A stretch of 64,000 bases of DNA from an uncultured Clostridia bacterium (GTDB lineage Bacteria; Bacillota; Clostridia; Oscillospirales; CAG-272), in NCBI GenBank assembly GCA_944392615.1, contig CALXXF010000001.1:48569-112568 (forward strand). The letters run 5' to 3'. Made by a program: the position numbers and the translations under genes. Numbering within the stretch: the first letter of the stretch is position 1; every line of letters begins with the position of its first letter. Positions 22,621-32,713 of this stretch are shown piece after piece. The notes below the pieces were generated by a model. It had not been told where the DNA came from. It saw only the letters and a list, made by a program, of their open reading frames with translations, and did no database searches.

Positions 22621-22680
22621 TGCGCAAGTACGTCGTGCAAGTACGTCGGGCAGGTATGTCGTGCAGGTGCGTCGTGCAAT
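22621..22680. repeat. Tandem repeats of about 13 nt (tgcaagtacgtcg-like, 4-5 copies) immediately downstream of metK
   Basis: Read directly from the sequence. Confidence 0.7.
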
Positions 22681-22980
22681 GGAGATGGCCAATGAAGACG
22701 GGTTAAAACGAGAGTATATGTCCGGTACTTTAGCGTTTGACGTTTTCTTTTAATGTTTTAATCAATTGGATATTTTAAAGCTGCATTTCTCCTTTGCCTC
22801 TATCTGAAGTATATATGCAGGTATGTGAAACAGGCGGGAGAGGTATTCGGACAGCCCCAGTATATCCGGCATGTGGTAACCGCGGATGATTTTTTAACGC
22901 CGTATGATTCGGGTCCATAATCAGAGCTTTATTATAAGCGGGGAAAAAACAGGCTGTACGGCAGATTTAAGGAAAGGGGG

Positions 22981-25206
22981 GTGCTTTTGGAAAGAACGGT
23001 CAGTGACCTCAGCGGCGCAGAATATGTTGAGGGCGTTGTTGAAAATGTCATATATTCAAATGAAACCAACGGATATTCCGTATGTGAGCTCGACACCGGA
23101 AGCGAGCTTATAACCATAGTCGGGATCATGCCATCCGTAAATGCGGGAGAAAGTATTAAGGCAGCGGGAAAATGGGAGACTCACAGCTCATACGGAAAGC
23201 AGTTCAAGGTTGAGACTTATGAAAAGCAGCTTCCTGCGACACGGGAGGCAATGGTTAAATATCTCTCCTCAGGAGCTATAAAAGGCGTGGGCGCGGTGAC
23301 CGCCCGGAGGATCGTAGATAAATTCGGGGACGATTCCTTTGACGTGCTGGAAAATCATCCGGAATGGCTTTCGGATATCAAAGGAATTAACAGCTCCAAG
23401 GCGCAGGAGATATCCGATTCCTTTAAGGATCAATCCGGAATCAGAGCTGTAATGATGTTTGCAAAGGGACATTTCGGACCGGCTACGGCAATGAAAGTAT
23501 ATAACAAATGGGGGACAGCCTCGGTCGATATGATAAAGAATAATCCGTATATTCTTTGTGAAAACATATCGGGGATAGGATTTGTAAGCGCCGACCGACT
23601 TGCCGAATCTATAGGATATGCAAAGGATTCGGAATTTCGCATAGAATCCGGCATAAAGTACGCCCTTTTGTACAATGCTCAAAACAACGGGCATATCTTC
23701 ATACCCGGTGAAAAACTTGTTGCCGCATGTTCTGAAATGCTCGGAGTAAGCGATGAGAAAACCCGTCGTGCCTTGGCATCCCTGCATGAGCGCAAAGAGG
23801 TTGTCAGCATAGAGCGTTCGGGAAGGGAGTGCATATATCTTTCGGAATACTACGCTGCTGAAAAATATATTGCCGACAAGCTCATGCTTTTGGACAGAGT
23901 TTGTGAAAGAACATCATCTGACGACCTTGATTATATGATAGCACAAACAGAGCGCGCATACGGGATGGTTTATGCCGGACGTCAGCGCAAGGCAATATGT
24001 GCCGCTGTAAACAGCGGGGTGATGATCCTTACCGGAGGCCCCGGTACTGGAAAGACGACAGTAATACGGGCAGTGATAGACATATATGAAAAAATGGGAT
24101 TCAAGGTTGCGCTGGCGGCTCCTACCGGCAGGGCGGCAAAAAGAATGTCTGAGGCAACGTCCTATGAGGCAAAAACCATACACAGGCTTCTTGATACAGA
24201 ATATATAAGCGGAGAACGTACCCGGTTCAGAAGAAACGAAAACAACCTTCTGGAAGAAAACGTTGTCATAGTTGACGAGGCATCCATGGTAGACACTATG
24301 CTCATGGCGGCTCTTCTCAAGGCAATAAGACCGGGAGGGCACATCGTGCTTATAGGTGATGCAGATCAGCTCCCCTCTGTCGGAGCCGGAACCGTTCTCT
24401 GTGACCTTATAAAGAGCGAGAGATTTGAGGTCATTCGTCTCAACGAGATATTCCGTCAGGCAAGGCAAAGCCGGATTGTCACCAATGCTCATGCAGTTAA
24501 CAACGGAGAGCTTCCGGTTCTCACCGATAAAAAAGGCGACTTCTTCTTCCTCTCCCGTCCCGACCCTGCCGATATAGTTCAGACAGTCGTTGATTTATGT
24601 AAAAAAAGACTGCCGTCAACCTATAATGCCGACCCCATGTCGGCAATACAGGTCATAACCCCGTCGCATAAAGGGAGTGCAGGAACAGACGCTCTAAATC
24701 CTGCTCTTCAGCAGGCACTGAATCCGCCGGATAAAAGCAAGCGCGAGAAGGTGTTCAGGGGTATCGTGTTCAGAGAAGGCGACAAGGTCATGCAGATAAA
24801 AAACGATTACGAAATAGAGTGGGAACGCTTCGGAGAAACGGGAAGCGGAATTTTCAACGGAGACATAGGTATAATAAAGCAGATTGATTTTAAGAATGAG
24901 GCAGTCAGTATAAACTTTGACGACAGACTATGCAGTTATGATTTTTCACAGCTTGACGAGCTTGAGCACGCATATGCTATAACGATACATAAAAGCCAGG
25001 GAAGTGAATATCCGATAGTGGTTATACCGGTCTACTGGTGCGCTCCGAGACTGCTTACAAGAAATCTGCTTTATACTGCCATAACAAGAGCGCAGAGGCT
25101 TGTCGTGCTCGTCGGTGATTCCTCTGTCGTCCGGGTAATGGTGGAAAACAACAGACTCATAAAGCGATATACGGGTTTGTGCGACATGCTGTCCTTTGAG
25201 TGCTGA
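22981..25206 (+). CDS. recD2: ATP-dependent RecD-like DNA helicase (RecD2)
   Basis: 741 aa with an N-terminal OB/HhH region and SF1 helicase motifs (GGPGTGKTT, DEASMVD, QLPSVGAG). GTG start follows the RBS aaggaaaggggg. Confidence 0.9.
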   Translation: MLLERTVSDLSGAEYVEGVVENVIYSNETNGYSVCELDTGSELITIVGIMPSVNAGESIKAAGKWETHSSYGKQFKVETYEKQLPATREAMVKYLSSGAIKGVGAVTARRIVDKFGDDSFDVLENHPEWLSDIKGINSSKAQEISDSFKDQSGIRAVMMFAKGHFGPATAMKVYNKWGTASVDMIKNNPYILCENISGIGFVSADRLAESIGYAKDSEFRIESGIKYALLYNAQNNGHIFIPGEKLVAACSEMLGVSDEKTRRALASLHERKEVVSIERSGRECIYLSEYYAAEKYIADKLMLLDRVCERTSSDDLDYMIAQTERAYGMVYAGRQRKAICAAVNSGVMILTGGPGTGKTTVIRAVIDIYEKMGFKVALAAPTGRAAKRMSEATSYEAKTIHRLLDTEYISGERTRFRRNENNLLEENVVIVDEASMVDTMLMAALLKAIRPGGHIVLIGDADQLPSVGAGTVLCDLIKSERFEVIRLNEIFRQARQSRIVTNAHAVNNGELPVLTDKKGDFFFLSRPDPADIVQTVVDLCKKRLPSTYNADPMSAIQVITPSHKGSAGTDALNPALQQALNPPDKSKREKVFRGIVFREGDKVMQIKNDYEIEWERFGETGSGIFNGDIGIIKQIDFKNEAVSINFDDRLCSYDFSQLDELEHAYAITIHKSQGSEYPIVVIPVYWCAPRLLTRNLLYTAITRAQRLVVLVGDSSVVRVMVENNRLIKRYTGLCDMLSFEC

Positions 25207-25338
25207 TTGCCGGTAAATGCTTTCTCAGCAACAGACAAAGACTGCCGGCAGACAGGGTCATCTCTTCAGAAAACATAAGAAAACATAAGAAAACAAGTCT
25301 GTGCCATCTGGTAACATTTGTCGCAAGGAAGGGGCGTC

Positions 25339-26154
25339 ATGTTTGCTTTTGATATTCTTCTTAATCTTATTTTTCCTCCGTCCTGCATATCCTGTGACGC
25401 TCCGCTTGACGTGCTGAGCAGAAACGCACTGTGCGGCTCATGTTCTGAAAAGTTTTTGAATGAAAAAGAGAGAAAATGTCCCTTGTGCGGAAAGACTCAC
25501 TCAGAATGTTCATGCATGCCCGCAAGATTAAAGAAATACTGCTCCGATGCAATGCATGTTTCGGAGTATTCTGAGACGGACGGCGTGACACGTTCTCTGG
25601 TCCTCAGCGCAAAAGACAGAAATCTCAAGTACCTTTATGATTTTATTGTAAATGAGCTTGCATATCTTGTCCGCAGCAGAATCGGAAATGCAGAAGGGTA
25701 TATCGTGTCGTATGTTCCGAGAAGCAAAAGGAAAAAGGCCGGCACCGGAGTCGATCAGTCTGCTCTTGCGGCAAGGCGGCTGGCATCGGAACTTCATCTG
25801 CCACTGAGAAAATTATTTGTACACAGCGGTACTGCTGTCCAAAAGAAGCTCAGCGCAGAGGAAAGATATAAAAATGCACTTAATTCGTACTCCCTTGCAA
25901 AAGGGACAGAGAGCATTATAAACGGAGGAAATTTTATACTCTATGACGATGTTGTTACGACAGGCTCGACTCTCACCGCGTGTGCTTCATTGCTCAGGCG
26001 GGCAGGCGCCGGGCGCATAGTGATACTGACGTTTGCAAAGACATATCCCGGATATGCATCCGGACAGAGCACGACTCCGGGAAGAAAACGCGATCCCGCC
26101 CGTTTGTTCAAAGCAAAGAAGAAAGAGAGCTACCGCGATCCGCGCGGCAGGTAG
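25339..26154 (+). CDS. comFC: ComF family protein (ComFC-like phosphoribosyltransferase with an N-terminal double zinc ribbon)
   Basis: CxxC..CxxC pairs plus PRTase motif ILYDDVVTTGSTL. Lies directly downstream of recD2. Confidence 0.75.
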   Translation: MFAFDILLNLIFPPSCISCDAPLDVLSRNALCGSCSEKFLNEKERKCPLCGKTHSECSCMPARLKKYCSDAMHVSEYSETDGVTRSLVLSAKDRNLKYLYDFIVNELAYLVRSRIGNAEGYIVSYVPRSKRKKAGTGVDQSALAARRLASELHLPLRKLFVHSGTAVQKKLSAEERYKNALNSYSLAKGTESIINGGNFILYDDVVTTGSTLTACASLLRRAGAGRIVILTFAKTYPGYASGQSTTPGRKRDPARLFKAKKKESYRDPRGR

Positions 26155-26267
26155 GTCTGTATCCGAAATGTATTATACAGGGCTGTATTAATGCATTTTG
26201 ATATGCTTATTTTGGTTTATTTCTCATAAACAAATAATAAAAGTATAAAACATTGAAAGGAGCCGCC

Positions 26268-26576
26268 ATGACTGATAATATCGAAAATGAAAGAAAATAT
26301 AAAAGAGCAGTTGAGGTGCTTTCGTCGTCGCTGTCAAACAGGGAGAGGGTGGAAGAAAGCCTTAAGCTCCTTGAAGAACTCGGCGAGTATAAAGATTCAC
26401 GCGAGTTACTTGAAAAGTACAAAGAAAGATATACAAAGTTATACGAAGAGGCTGACGCCCTTGCAAAAAAGCGTCGTGTGTCTGTTGTTATACAGAAAAT
26501 ACTGACCGTCGTAGGACTGGCGGTCGCCCTTGCTCTGATACTGATAATAGTTTACGCGCTCAGACCACACCTTTGA
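26268..26576 (+). CDS. Hypothetical tail-anchored coiled-coil protein (102 aa)
   Basis: RBS aaggag precedes an ATG. The N-terminal part is charged K/E/R-rich and helical. There is a single C-terminal TM helix (VVGLAVALALILIIVYAL). Confidence 0.5.
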   Translation: MTDNIENERKYKRAVEVLSSSLSNRERVEESLKLLEELGEYKDSRELLEKYKERYTKLYEEADALAKKRRVSVVIQKILTVVGLAVALALILIIVYALRPHL

Positions 26577-26795
26577 TTCAGAATTTACATCAATTCATCT
26601 GATTGCCGCTTTTTCTTCTCGTCCCCGGAAGTACGATAACTGTAGGGACTGCCATTTGTGATTGAGTGAAAATGCGGCCGTGACAACATTTATTCTGCAT
26701 TTTTTTAAATAAAAATACCCGGCAGAACGGATACCACAAGTGTGTGGCGTGTCCGCAAACCGGGTATTTTTGTGTTTTTCTTGTGCTTTCTGCAA

Positions 26796-27206
26796 TTATC
26801 TCTTGGAGAACTGCGGTGCGCGACGTGCAGCCTTGAGGCCGTACTTCTTTCTTTCCTTCATACGCGAGTCACGTGTGAGGAATCCGGCCTTCTTGAGTGC
26901 AGTGCGCAGGTCGGCATCGCTCTGGAGAAGCGCTTTGGCAACTCCGTGGCGTATTGCGCCTGCCTGTCCTGAAAATCCTCCGCCCTTTACAGTGCAGATA
27001 ATGTCAAATTTTCCAACGGTGTTGGTCACGCCGAAGGGCTGGTTTACTATGAGCTTCATGGTTTCAAGCCCGAAATATTCGTCGATCGTTCTTCCGTTTA
27101 TCGTGACCTTTCCGGTGCCGGGAACAAGACGTACCCTTGCCACCGATTTCTTTCTTCTGCCCGTTCCGTAGAAGTAGGGCTGTGCGCTTGTATATGCCAC
27201 TGTCAC
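26796..27206 (-). CDS. rpsI: 30S ribosomal protein S9
   Basis: [25 protein letters not shown]...[16 protein letters not shown]. Confidence 0.93.
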   Translation of the reverse strand: MTVAYTSAQPYFYGTGRRKKSVARVRLVPGTGKVTINGRTIDEYFGLETMKLIVNQPFGVTNTVGKFDIICTVKGGGFSGQAGAIRHGVAKALLQSDADLRTALKKAGFLTRDSRMKERKKYGLKAARRAPQFSKR

Positions 27207-27217
27207 TTACCTCCTCT

Positions 27218-27649
27218 TCAGCCTTCGTAAACTACCGGTTTCTGAGCCGCATTGTTGTGTTCGGCTCCTCTGTAGACCTTGAGACGGGTTATGCTCTTGC
27301 TACCTATCGAGTTCTTGGGGAGCATTCCTTTTACTGCAAGCGTCACAGCAAGTTCCGGGTTCGTCGCCATGAGCTTTTTGTAGCTTACGTCCTTGAGTCC
27401 GCCGATATATCCGGAGTGATGATAGTAGTGCTTCTGATCGAGCTTATTCCCGGTAAGAACAGCTTTCTCTGCGTTAATGATAATAACATACTCACCGCAA
27501 TCTACATGAGGTGTGTATTCGGGGCGGTGCTTGCCGTTAAGTATCGTAGCGGCGAGGACCGCAGTCTTTCCGAGAGGCTTATTGGCCGCGTCTATTATAT
27601 ACCAGCCGCGCTCCACCTTGGTCGGATTTGCCATGTAAGATGATGCCAT
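27218..27649 (-). CDS. rplM: 50S ribosomal protein L13
   Basis: MASSYMANPTKVERGWYIIDAANKPLG... Confidence 0.93.
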   Translation of the reverse strand: MASSYMANPTKVERGWYIIDAANKPLGKTAVLAATILNGKHRPEYTPHVDCGEYVIIINAEKAVLTGNKLDQKHYYHHSGYIGGLKDVSYKKLMATNPELAVTLAVKGMLPKNSIGSKSITRLKVYRGAEHNNAAQKPVVYEG

Positions 27650-28095
27650 CCTGTGTCTCCTTTGATCCTTTTTCTTTTAGTCAGCGTAACAAATTATAGC
27701 ATTGCAGTATTGCTTTGTCAAGGCATTTGTAAATAAAAAAAAATTAAAATTAAATTTTTTTGCAAAATCCTCTTTTTATCTTGTTTTAACTCTTTTTATC
27801 TTTTGTTTCCTTCATTGACAAAAATAAAAAATTAACATTTGTGTAAGAGCTTCGCATAATGCGACAACTATCGCTAAGTCAAAGTAATAAAATAAAAACG
27901 CTGTCATAAAACAAGGGCTTGTTAAAGTCTGTCACATGTTTGTGAAATATCGCAGCCCCGCATGATGTTTCTGTTATGACAATTATCATGGGATTCGTAA
28001 TATTTATTATGATATGCAAATAAAATTTAGTGTAAAAAGAATAAAGTATTGTGTCACGTCAGTTGTCCGCGGCACAAAAGAAAGAGGTATGCAAT

Positions 28096-29040
28096 ATGTC
28101 GGAAAACAGTTATCTTCCCGAAGGTCAGCTAATAGCGTCGGTAGAGAATATCGAGTTCTTTTCTTCGCCCTCCGCACTGGAACGAGCTATGCAGCAGGGC
28201 AGAATACTTGAGGCGCTCGCGGTTCTGTGCGACGGAGAAATGAATCTTGTCGTAGACCTCTGCTGTATGAAGGGAATAATAAGAAAAAACGAGGTGGCTT
28301 ACACTCCGGACGGCGAAAATATCAAAGATATCGCGGTCATATCGAGAGTAGGGAAGGCAGTGTGCTTCAAAGTGCTTTCAATAGAGAAAGACCAGTCCGG
28401 ACAGCCGTATGCCATACTCTCAAGAAGAGCGGCTCAGCTTGAATGTATGAACAATTATCTCATGACACTTTCGAGCGGCGACATCATCCCGGCACGAATA
28501 ACACATCTGGAGCATTTCGGCGCATTTGTGGACATAGGATGCGGGATAGCTTCTCTTTTGTCTATAGACTGCATCTCTGTATCGCGTATATCACATCCGA
28601 AGGACCGCTTTTTTGTGGGTATGATGATAAAAGCGGTAGTTAAAAGCATAGACCCCGATTATTCGCGTATATATGTGACACACAAGGAGCTGCTCGGAAC
28701 ATGGGAGGAAAATGCCGCTGCATTTAAGGTTGGTGAGACTGTCATGGGAATAGTGAGAAGCATAGAAGAATATGGCGTATTCATAGAACTTGCTCCGAAT
28801 CTTGCCGGTCTTGCTGAATACCGTTCTGATATCAGGGTCGGGCAGTCCGTGGCTGTATACATAAAGAATATTATTCCGGAGAGAATGAAGATAAAGCTCG
28901 TAATAATTGACTCATGTAAAAACGAAGCTCCGTTTTCAAAATTTTCATATTTTATCCCGCCTGAAAAAGAGCATATAGACTACTGGAAATACTCCCCTTC
29001 AGGAACCGGAAAGGTCATAGAAAGCCGATTTTCAATGTGA
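28096..29040 (+). CDS. S1 RNA-binding domain protein (two or more S1 repeats)
   Basis: S1-like segments GDIIPARITHLEHFGAFVDIG and GETVMGIVRSIEEYGVFIELA. RBS is aaagagg. The start was refined inside ORF 28051-29040. Confidence 0.75.
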   Translation: MSENSYLPEGQLIASVENIEFFSSPSALERAMQQGRILEALAVLCDGEMNLVVDLCCMKGIIRKNEVAYTPDGENIKDIAVISRVGKAVCFKVLSIEKDQSGQPYAILSRRAAQLECMNNYLMTLSSGDIIPARITHLEHFGAFVDIGCGIASLLSIDCISVSRISHPKDRFFVGMMIKAVVKSIDPDYSRIYVTHKELLGTWEENAAAFKVGETVMGIVRSIEEYGVFIELAPNLAGLAEYRSDIRVGQSVAVYIKNIIPERMKIKLVIIDSCKNEAPFSKFSYFIPPEKEHIDYWKYSPSGTGKVIESRFSM

Positions 29041-29367
29041 ACCGAGGTGTCATGAGCGTCGCTGCGGCGGCGCTCATTTAAATACGAATGCTTTCCTAAT
29101 ACTGACTTTACAATAAACGCTCCGAGGCTTTCAGGCTTTGAAAAAATACGCGCGCTCCGCTTAAAGGCGGGGCGTGTTTTTACTTTCAGTATTTTGCCCT
29201 TGTGTTTGTATTTTCCAAGGCTACGATCCACTCTTGCCATTTGTTTTCGAGCTTGCTACAGCCTGAATTTGGGGTTATTACACATAATTCGGATGAAAAC
29301 AATGCTAAATCAGCGCAAAGTCTCATATAATTGTACCGTATTCAGATTTGTGAAGAAGGGCTTTTAT

Positions 29368-29649
29368 ATGATTTATACCGACTCTGACAGATGTGAAATG
29401 ATCGCAAGGTATATGATAGAGAACGGCGCTACCGTTCGCTCTGCGGCGGGGGTGTTCGGTATATCTAAGTCTACCGTCCATAAGGATGTGACCAAAATAC
29501 TTGAAAGACAAAACCACGCATTGTACCTTTCGGTGAAGGAACTGCTTCAGACAAACAAATCCGAAAGACACAAAAGGGGCGGGGAAGCGACGCGGCTCAA
29601 ATACATAATGAAAAAAAAAGGCGGCATTTTACCGCCGACCGAAGACTGA
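29368..29649 (+). CDS. spoIIID: Stage III sporulation transcriptional regulator SpoIIID
   Basis: 93 aa with HTH VRSAAGVFGISKSTVHKDVT and the hallmark RHKRGGEATRLKY. Confidence 0.85.
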   Translation: MIYTDSDRCEMIARYMIENGATVRSAAGVFGISKSTVHKDVTKILERQNHALYLSVKELLQTNKSERHKRGGEATRLKYIMKKKGGILPPTED

Positions 29650-29671
29650 ATCGTATAATGAAAAGAAAAAG

Positions 29672-29700
29672 TCTCTTAGCTGTGAAGAGACTTTTTTTCT
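29672..29700 (+). terminator. Rho-independent terminator after spoIIID (gtctctt..aagagac + T7)
   Basis: Read directly from the sequence. Confidence 0.65.
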
Positions 29701-29802
29701 GCTCTTTTTATCACGCTTTTATTTCAAAGACATAAATAACTATAAGAATACCGGGATTTTATAATAATTGTAAATATCTTGTAAACTCTTGAAAAAGTAC
29801 AA

Positions 29803-29833
29803 AGATTGTTATTGACAATCAAAAGACCGTGTG
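29803..29833 (+). promoter_or_regulatory. Consensus sigma-A promoter (TTGACA, 17-nt spacer, TATAAT) followed by a 5' UTR of about 90 nt for the DUF1836-nfeD-floT operon
   Basis: ttgacaatcaaaagaccgtgtggtataat, read directly. Confidence 0.55.
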
Positions 29834-29928
29834 GTATAATTAATCGAACACATGAAAAGGGGTTGGATCTGCTCACAAGCATCGGATTCGATAGCCTTCG
29901 AAAACCAGCGAAAGGAGGGTTTACGTAC

Positions 29929-30489
29929 ATGTCAGAAAGACTGTTTACGCACTTGCCGGGGACATCTATCGAGGCCGATCTTGAAAAGAGCGATGCAGAA
30001 TACATTCTGAACAGCATTTTCTCTACCGGCGGCCTTGTGTTGTCCCAGGTGTCGCAGCTCACCGGCGCAGAGCCGCATGACATACAAAATTGGATAAAGC
30101 GCGGTTTTTGCAGTTCGCCGGTGGCAAAAAAGTATTCGAGAAAACAGTTCTGCAGAATAGTCATCATCAACACGCTCAGGGAAGTCATGAATATACGCGA
30201 TATAACGACGCTGCTTTCGTATATAAACGGCTACCTTGATGACGAGAAGGACGACATGATAGATGACGATGTTCTGTATGTGTATTTTGTAAAGGCCCTT
30301 TCGTTTACCACAAGTTTCTCTGACAGAGAGGTGTCCTGCGCTGTTGAAAGTGCTACGGCAGGGTATAAGGAGCCGTTTGCCGGAGGAGCCGAAAGATTGC
30401 GAAGGGTTCTCAAAATAATGGTCTATGTTTATTTTTCGAGTGTTATCAAAAAAAGAGCGTCGATAATGATGTCCTCACTCGGCGTATGA
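29929..30489 (+). CDS. DUF1836 domain protein (MerR-like helix)
   Basis: LSQVSQLTG..P..IQNWIKRG...P..KKYSRKQFCRIVIINTL matches the DUF1836 pattern as I recall it. RBS is aaaggaggg. Confidence 0.65.
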   Translation: MSERLFTHLPGTSIEADLEKSDAEYILNSIFSTGGLVLSQVSQLTGAEPHDIQNWIKRGFCSSPVAKKYSRKQFCRIVIINTLREVMNIRDITTLLSYINGYLDDEKDDMIDDDVLYVYFVKALSFTTSFSDREVSCAVESATAGYKEPFAGGAERLRRVLKIMVYVYFSSVIKKRASIMMSSLGV

Positions 30490-30611
30490 TGTGACTTTAC
30501 CTGCGAGTTTTATTTTGGCGTGAGTACGAAAAGCCGCGGCGGTTGCCGGATGCTCCGACATGCATCCATGTATCGCGGTTAATAATATCATGTCGGAGAA
30601 ACGGAGTAGTT

Positions 30612-31214
30612 ATGAACGAATGGTGGTTTGCCCTGACGGCGCTTGAAAAGGTTTTTGTATGCATTGCAATTCCATCCACCCTCATCCTCGTAATACAAGT
30701 GATACTTACCCTTATAGGAATGGGCGGAGAGATGGATACAGATGCTGACACCGACCTTGACGGAGACATAGACGGAGATGATTTAGATAATGCCACCGAA
30801 TTCGGAGGGGGGTTCAATCTTTTTACCTTCAGGGGCATTGTAGCCTTTTTTACCGTATCAGGATGGATGGGATACACTCTTCTCAAAAGCGATGTTCCCC
30901 CGGTCATTTCGGTAATTGTGGCAGTGCTTTCCGGATTCATTATGATGGCGCTGGTTGCCATACTTTTCCACTATCTCGGAAAATTACAGACCAGCGGCAA
31001 TATAGACGTAAGGAACGCAATCGGAAAAAGCGGGACCGTCTATCTAACTGTGCCGGCGAAGCGCGAGGGATTCGGCAAGGTAAACGTCATTTTTCAGGGA
31101 AGGTATAACGAATATGAGGCGGTCACAGATGAGGATGAATCCCTGAAATTCGGTACCGAGATCGTCGTGGTCGGAATATCAGGTCTTGATACACTGGTGG
31201 TTAAAAAGAAGTGA
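30612..31214 (+). CDS. NfeD-like membrane protein (short YuaF-type with a C-terminal OB-fold)
   Basis: N-terminal TM helices, an acidic D-rich loop, a C-terminal beta-rich domain (GTVYLTVPAKREGFGKVNVIFQGRYNEYEAV), and adjacency to the flotillin gene. Confidence 0.75.
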   Translation: MNEWWFALTALEKVFVCIAIPSTLILVIQVILTLIGMGGEMDTDADTDLDGDIDGDDLDNATEFGGGFNLFTFRGIVAFFTVSGWMGYTLLKSDVPPVISVIVAVLSGFIMMALVAILFHYLGKLQTSGNIDVRNAIGKSGTVYLTVPAKREGFGKVNVIFQGRYNEYEAVTDEDESLKFGTEIVVVGISGLDTLVVKKK

Positions 31215-31288
31215 TATTCTGACAAAAGCGGATTTTATCAAAAGCAAAAATAATTTTATAAATTCAAAAAAATTAACGGAGGTATGGT

Positions 31289-32713
31289 ATGAACATTGCT
31301 GACATTGCTCTTGAACTTGGGTCAGGCGTTATATTGCTTATATGCGTCGTGGTGCTCGTGCTCTTTTCTCTGGCGCTTACACTTCTTTCAAGATATAAGA
31401 AGTGCCCGTCTGACAAAATACTCGTCAAGTACGGATATGTAGGGAAAAATGCCGATGGAACAAAGAGCTCCTCAAAATGTATACACGGTGGGGCTACGTT
31501 CGTATGGCCGGTATTTCAGTCATATAAGTATCTTGATCTCACACCGATCTCGATATCTGTTGACCTGAAGAACGCCCTTTCCAGACAGAACATAAGGATT
31601 GACGTACCGTCAAGCTTTATAGTGGGTGTATCCACAGAATCGGCAGTTATGCAGAATGCTGCTGAAAGACTCCTGGAGCTCAATCTTGACGAGATACAGA
31701 ATTTGTCGCGCGACATCATATTCGGACAGCTTCGACTCATAATCGCAACCATGGATATTGAGGAAATAAATACCGACAGGGATAAGTTTCTCGAAGCTGT
31801 TTCCCGCAATGTGGAGACAGAGCTGAAAAAAATTGGTCTCAGGCTCATAAACGTCAATGTCACTGACATAAGCGATGAGTCCGGATACATAACCGCTCTC
31901 GGTAAAGAAGCCGCCGCTAAGGCGATCAACGACGCTAAGAAGAGCGTGGCGGAAAAGAACAGAGACGGTGCCATAGGCGAAGCAAACGCTCGAATGACGG
32001 AGAGAATAGAGGTCGCAAAGGCGGATGCTGAGGCAATACGCGGTGAAAATGAGTCCAAGGCGGACGTGGCGATGAGTAACGCTGCGCTCAGCGAGAAAGA
32101 ATCCGAAGCCAAGAGGATAGAGCTTACGGCTGAAAAAACACAGCAGGCAAAAGCTCTTGAAGAGTCCTACGAGGCAGAAAGAAAGGCAGAGCTTGCGCGT
32201 TCTCTCAGACAACAGGCTACGCTTGAGGCAGATATTATCGTAAATACTGAAATACAGAAGAGGAAGAAAGAACTTGAAGCGCAGGCTGAGGCAGAGCAGA
32301 TACGCCTGAGGGCGCAGGGCGAGGCAGACGCTATATACGCAAAAATGGCTGCCGAAGCAAGAGGTACACAGGAAATACTCACCAAACAGGCAGAAGGCTT
32401 TGAAAGACTTGTCAAAGCGGCGGGCGGAATTGCTGACGATGCTGTGAGACTGCTCGTAACCGACAAACTCGAGGCTCTGATGAAGATCCAGGTAGACGCG
32501 ATAAAGAATATCAAGATAGACAAAGTCACTGTTTGGGACAACGGTGAAGGAGAAGGCGGAAAGACCGCCACCGCAGGGTTTATATCAGGTCTTATGAAGT
32601 CTGTACCGCCTCTTTCTGAGGTGTTTGATATCGCCGGAATGAAGCTTCCGGAATATCTCGGAAAAGAGAAGGATGAAGGCGGAAAGGCGGATACTGCTGA
32701 AGCACAGGAATGA
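31289..32713 (+). CDS. floT: Flotillin-like SPFH/Band-7 protein (FloT/YuaG family)
   Basis: N-terminal TM helix, an SPFH domain, and a long E/A/K-rich coiled coil (EAQAEAEQIRLRAQGEADAI). 474 aa. Confidence 0.85.
   Translation: MNIADIALELGSGVILLICVVVLVLFSLALTLLSRYKKCPSDKILVKYGYVGKNADGTKSSSKCIHGGATFVWPVFQSYKYLDLTPISISVDLKNALSRQNIRIDVPSSFIVGVSTESAVMQNAAERLLELNLDEIQNLSRDIIFGQLRLIIATMDIEEINTDRDKFLEAVSRNVETELKKIGLRLINVNVTDISDESGYITALGKEAAAKAINDAKKSVAEKNRDGAIGEANARMTERIEVAKADAEAIRGENESKADVAMSNAALSEKESEAKRIELTAEKTQQAKALEESYEAERKAELARSLRQQATLEADIIVNTEIQKRKKELEAQAEAEQIRLRAQGEADAIYAKMAAEARGTQEILTKQAEGFERLVKAAGGIADDAVRLLVTDKLEALMKIQVDAIKNIKIDKVTVWDNGEGEGGKTATAGFISGLMKSVPPLSEVFDIAGMKLPEYLGKEKDEGGKADTAEAQE

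Noticed and set aside
21213-22692. Two long minus-strand ORFs (21213-22061, 21787-22692) antisense to metK
   Set aside because: They overlap MetK, whose homology is unambiguous; they are shadow ORFs.
22681-22755. 24-aa mini-ORF (MEMANEDGLKREYMSGTLAFDVFF) after the metK repeat array
   Set aside because: No RBS and no recognisable peptide family; noted only because it follows the tandem repeat.
26796-27206. Apparent extra C (gggcctg versus expected gggctg) when hand-translating the rpsI 5' region, suggesting a frameshift
   Set aside because: The supplied ORF track gives an uninterrupted 136-aa S9 protein across exactly these coordinates, so this is most likely my own reading or indexing slip rather than a real frameshift.
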